Below are positions 62,425-64,000 of a stretch of 64,000 nucleotides of DNA, in pieces. The stretch is from the NCBI GenBank assembly GCA_963702425.1, contig CAVPCQ010000016.1, positions 96,001 to 160,000 on the forward strand, in the 5' to 3' direction. Made by a program: the position numbers and the translations under genes. The notes under the pieces were generated by a model. It was not told where the DNA came from and did not search any database. It worked only from the letters and a program-made list of their open reading frames with translations. The stretch is from an uncultured Acidobacteriota bacterium. Lineage in GTDB: Bacteria; Acidobacteriota; Polarisedimenticolia; J045. How positions within the stretch are numbered: position 1 is the stretch's first letter; each line of letters begins with the position of its first letter.

Positions 62425-63728
62425 CGCGTCGCCTCCCCCGCGCCGTCGAGCGCGCGGCGCAGCTCGTCCAGCACACCCTCCGCCGCGCGCAGCGTGACCT
62501 GGAGCACCCCGCCGGGTCCCTCGTCGACGCGCTCGATCGTCCCCACCCGGTCGGCCCGCGCCAGCAGGTCGCCGCGCTCGGGCGGCAGCGTCAGCGTCGC
62601 GCTGGCTTCGCGCCCGAGCAGCCGGTCGGCGATCGACAGCACCAGGTCGTGCACGCCGTGACCGGTGCGGGCCGAGACGACGTGCGCCTCGGGCCGCCGC
62701 TCGGCCAGCCAGGCGCACTCTTCGGGCCCCAGGCGATCGGACTTGTTGAAGACCAGCAGGCGCGGCAGGTCGGCCGCGGCGGTCTCCTTCAGCACCGCCT
62801 CGGCGATCTCCATCTGCTCCAGGCCCGACGGGTGCGAAGCGTCGACGACCAGCAGCAGCAGGTCGGCCTCGGCCGCTTCGTCGAAGGTCGTGCGGAACGA
62901 GGCGACGAGGTGATGCGGCAGCTTGCGGATGAAGCCGACGGTGTCCTTCAGCAGGAATGCGCCGCGCTTGCCCAGCTCGACCTTGCGCACGGTCGGGTCG
63001 AGCGTCGCAAACAGCCGATCCTCCACGAAGACCCCGGCCGAGACGATCGCGTTGAACAGCGACGACTTGCCGACGTTGGTGTAGCCGACGAACGCCGCCT
63101 GCGGCGTCGTGGCCCGCCCGTGGCGCCGGACCTCGCGCGCCTTGCCGACCCGCTCGATGTCGCGGCGCAGGTGGTCGATCCGATGGCGGATCATCCGCCG
63201 GTCCAGCTCGATCTGCTTCTCGCCCTCGCCCTTCGTCCCGCCCGGGCCGCCGCCGACCTGCCGCGAGAGGTGCGCCCAGCGGCCGGCCAGGCGCGGCAGC
63301 AGGTACTGGAGCTGCGCCATCTCGACCTGCGTCTTCGCCTCGCGGCTGCGCGCGCGCGCGGCGAAGATGTCGATGATCAGCCCGGCGCGGTCGACGACCG
63401 GCAGCTCGAGCACCTTCTCGAGGTTCTTCACCTGCGCCGGCGTGAGGTCCTCGTCGATGATCACCAGCGAGGCACCGCTGCCGCGGGCGACGACGCCCAG
63501 GTCCGCCGCCTGCCCCTTCCCCATCAGCGTCGCCGGCGACGGGGCGCGCAGCGGGAGGATCGCGCGGCCGGCCTCGCGGAAGCCGGCGGTGTCGGCCAGC
63601 GCGGCCAGCTCGTCGAGGTGTTCCTCGACCGTCACGGACGAGGCCTTCGGCCAGACCAGCCCGACGAGGTAGGCGCTGCCGCGATCGCCGGCGTTCGCGC
63701 CGGGGACGGGCCGCGGCTCGGAATTCAT
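62421..63728 (-). CDS. hflX: Ribosome-splitting GTPase HflX
   Basis: QLQYLLPRL, GEGEKQIE, GYTNVGKSS, FATLDPT, DTVGFI, NKSD. Confidence 0.95.
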   Translation of the reverse strand: MNSEPRPVPGANAGDRGSAYLVGLVWPKASSVTVEEHLDELAALADTAGFREAGRAILPLRAPSPATLMGKGQAADLGVVARGSGASLVIIDEDLTPAQVKNLEKVLELPVVDRAGLIIDIFAARARSREAKTQVEMAQLQYLLPRLAGRWAHLSRQVGGGPGGTKGEGEKQIELDRRMIRHRIDHLRRDIERVGKAREVRRHGRATTPQAAFVGYTNVGKSSLFNAIVSAGVFVEDRLFATLDPTVRKVELGKRGAFLLKDTVGFIRKLPHHLVASFRTTFDEAAEADLLLLVVDASHPSGLEQMEIAEAVLKETAAADLPRLLVFNKSDRLGPEECAWLAERRPEAHVVSARTGHGVHDLVLSIADRLLGREASATLTLPPERGDLLARADRVGTIERVDEGPGGVLQVTLRAAEGVLDELRRALDGAGEATR

Positions 63729-64000
63729 CGGCCGGAGGGCCCCCCGAGCCAACCGGCGACCGCCGTCGCATCGGGCACGCCGTCGGACGCGTGGAGCACC
63801 GCGCCCTTGCTGTCGACGACGACGTGCCACGGAAGGACCGCGACCTCGAAGGCCTTCTCGAGCTTGCCGTCGGCATCGAAGACCAGCGCACCGCCCATCC
63901 CGGCGCCGCGCGCCCAGCGCACGAACTCCTCCTGCGTTTGCCGCTTGCCGGTGCCGACGACCACGACCCGCATCCCCTGCCGCGCGAAGCGGCCGGCCAG
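63725..64000 (-). CDS. TlpA/redoxin family protein, C-terminal part (start lies beyond the window)
   Basis: VVVVG...LVFDADGKLEKAFEVAVLPWHVVVDSKG thioredoxin-fold tail. Confidence 0.65.
   Translation of the reverse strand: MAGRFARQGMRVVVVGTGKRQTQEEFVRWARGAGMGGALVFDADGKLEKAFEVAVLPWHVVVDSKGAVLHASDGVPDATAVAGWLGGPSGR

Overview
Very GC-rich bacterial DNA, most likely Acidobacteriota (inferred from a VWFA-related protein, a sulfatase-TPR fusion, an S55/beta-propeller pair and large secreted FN3 proteins). Many genes carry single-base frameshifts that look like long-read assembly indels. Layout: (1) 1-15.6 kb: secreted enzymes, including three proteins with a shared C-terminal module, a VWA protein, GTAG-type REPs, sulfatase-TPR and SbtA. 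(2) 15.7-29.2 kb: an integrase-less integron-type cassette array (four attC-like sites and an attI-like head) loaded with defence genes: Abi_C, type II Thoeris, an NDT/TIR-like protein, a complete type I RM block with two accessory genes, and an orphan NTase-like ORF. (3) 29-43 kb: TPP riboswitch with TonB receptor and SSS transporter, ppa, peptidases, a CCA enzyme and the S55 pair. (4) 43-64 kb: a giant Ser/Thr kinase-sigma54 activator, tatA, selB, a hybrid kinase, a sigma70, a rhomboid, an ABC transporter, ddl and hflX. Best novel candidates: (a) a secreted VWA-domain selenoprotein with an in-frame TGA in a CxxU motif followed by a bacterial SECIS-like hairpin, with selB in the same window; (b) a structured ~200-nt RNA driven by a consensus sigma54 promoter just downstream of the kinase-activator; (c) uncharacterised cassettes in the defence integron. 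All calls come from reading motifs by eye; no database searches were run.
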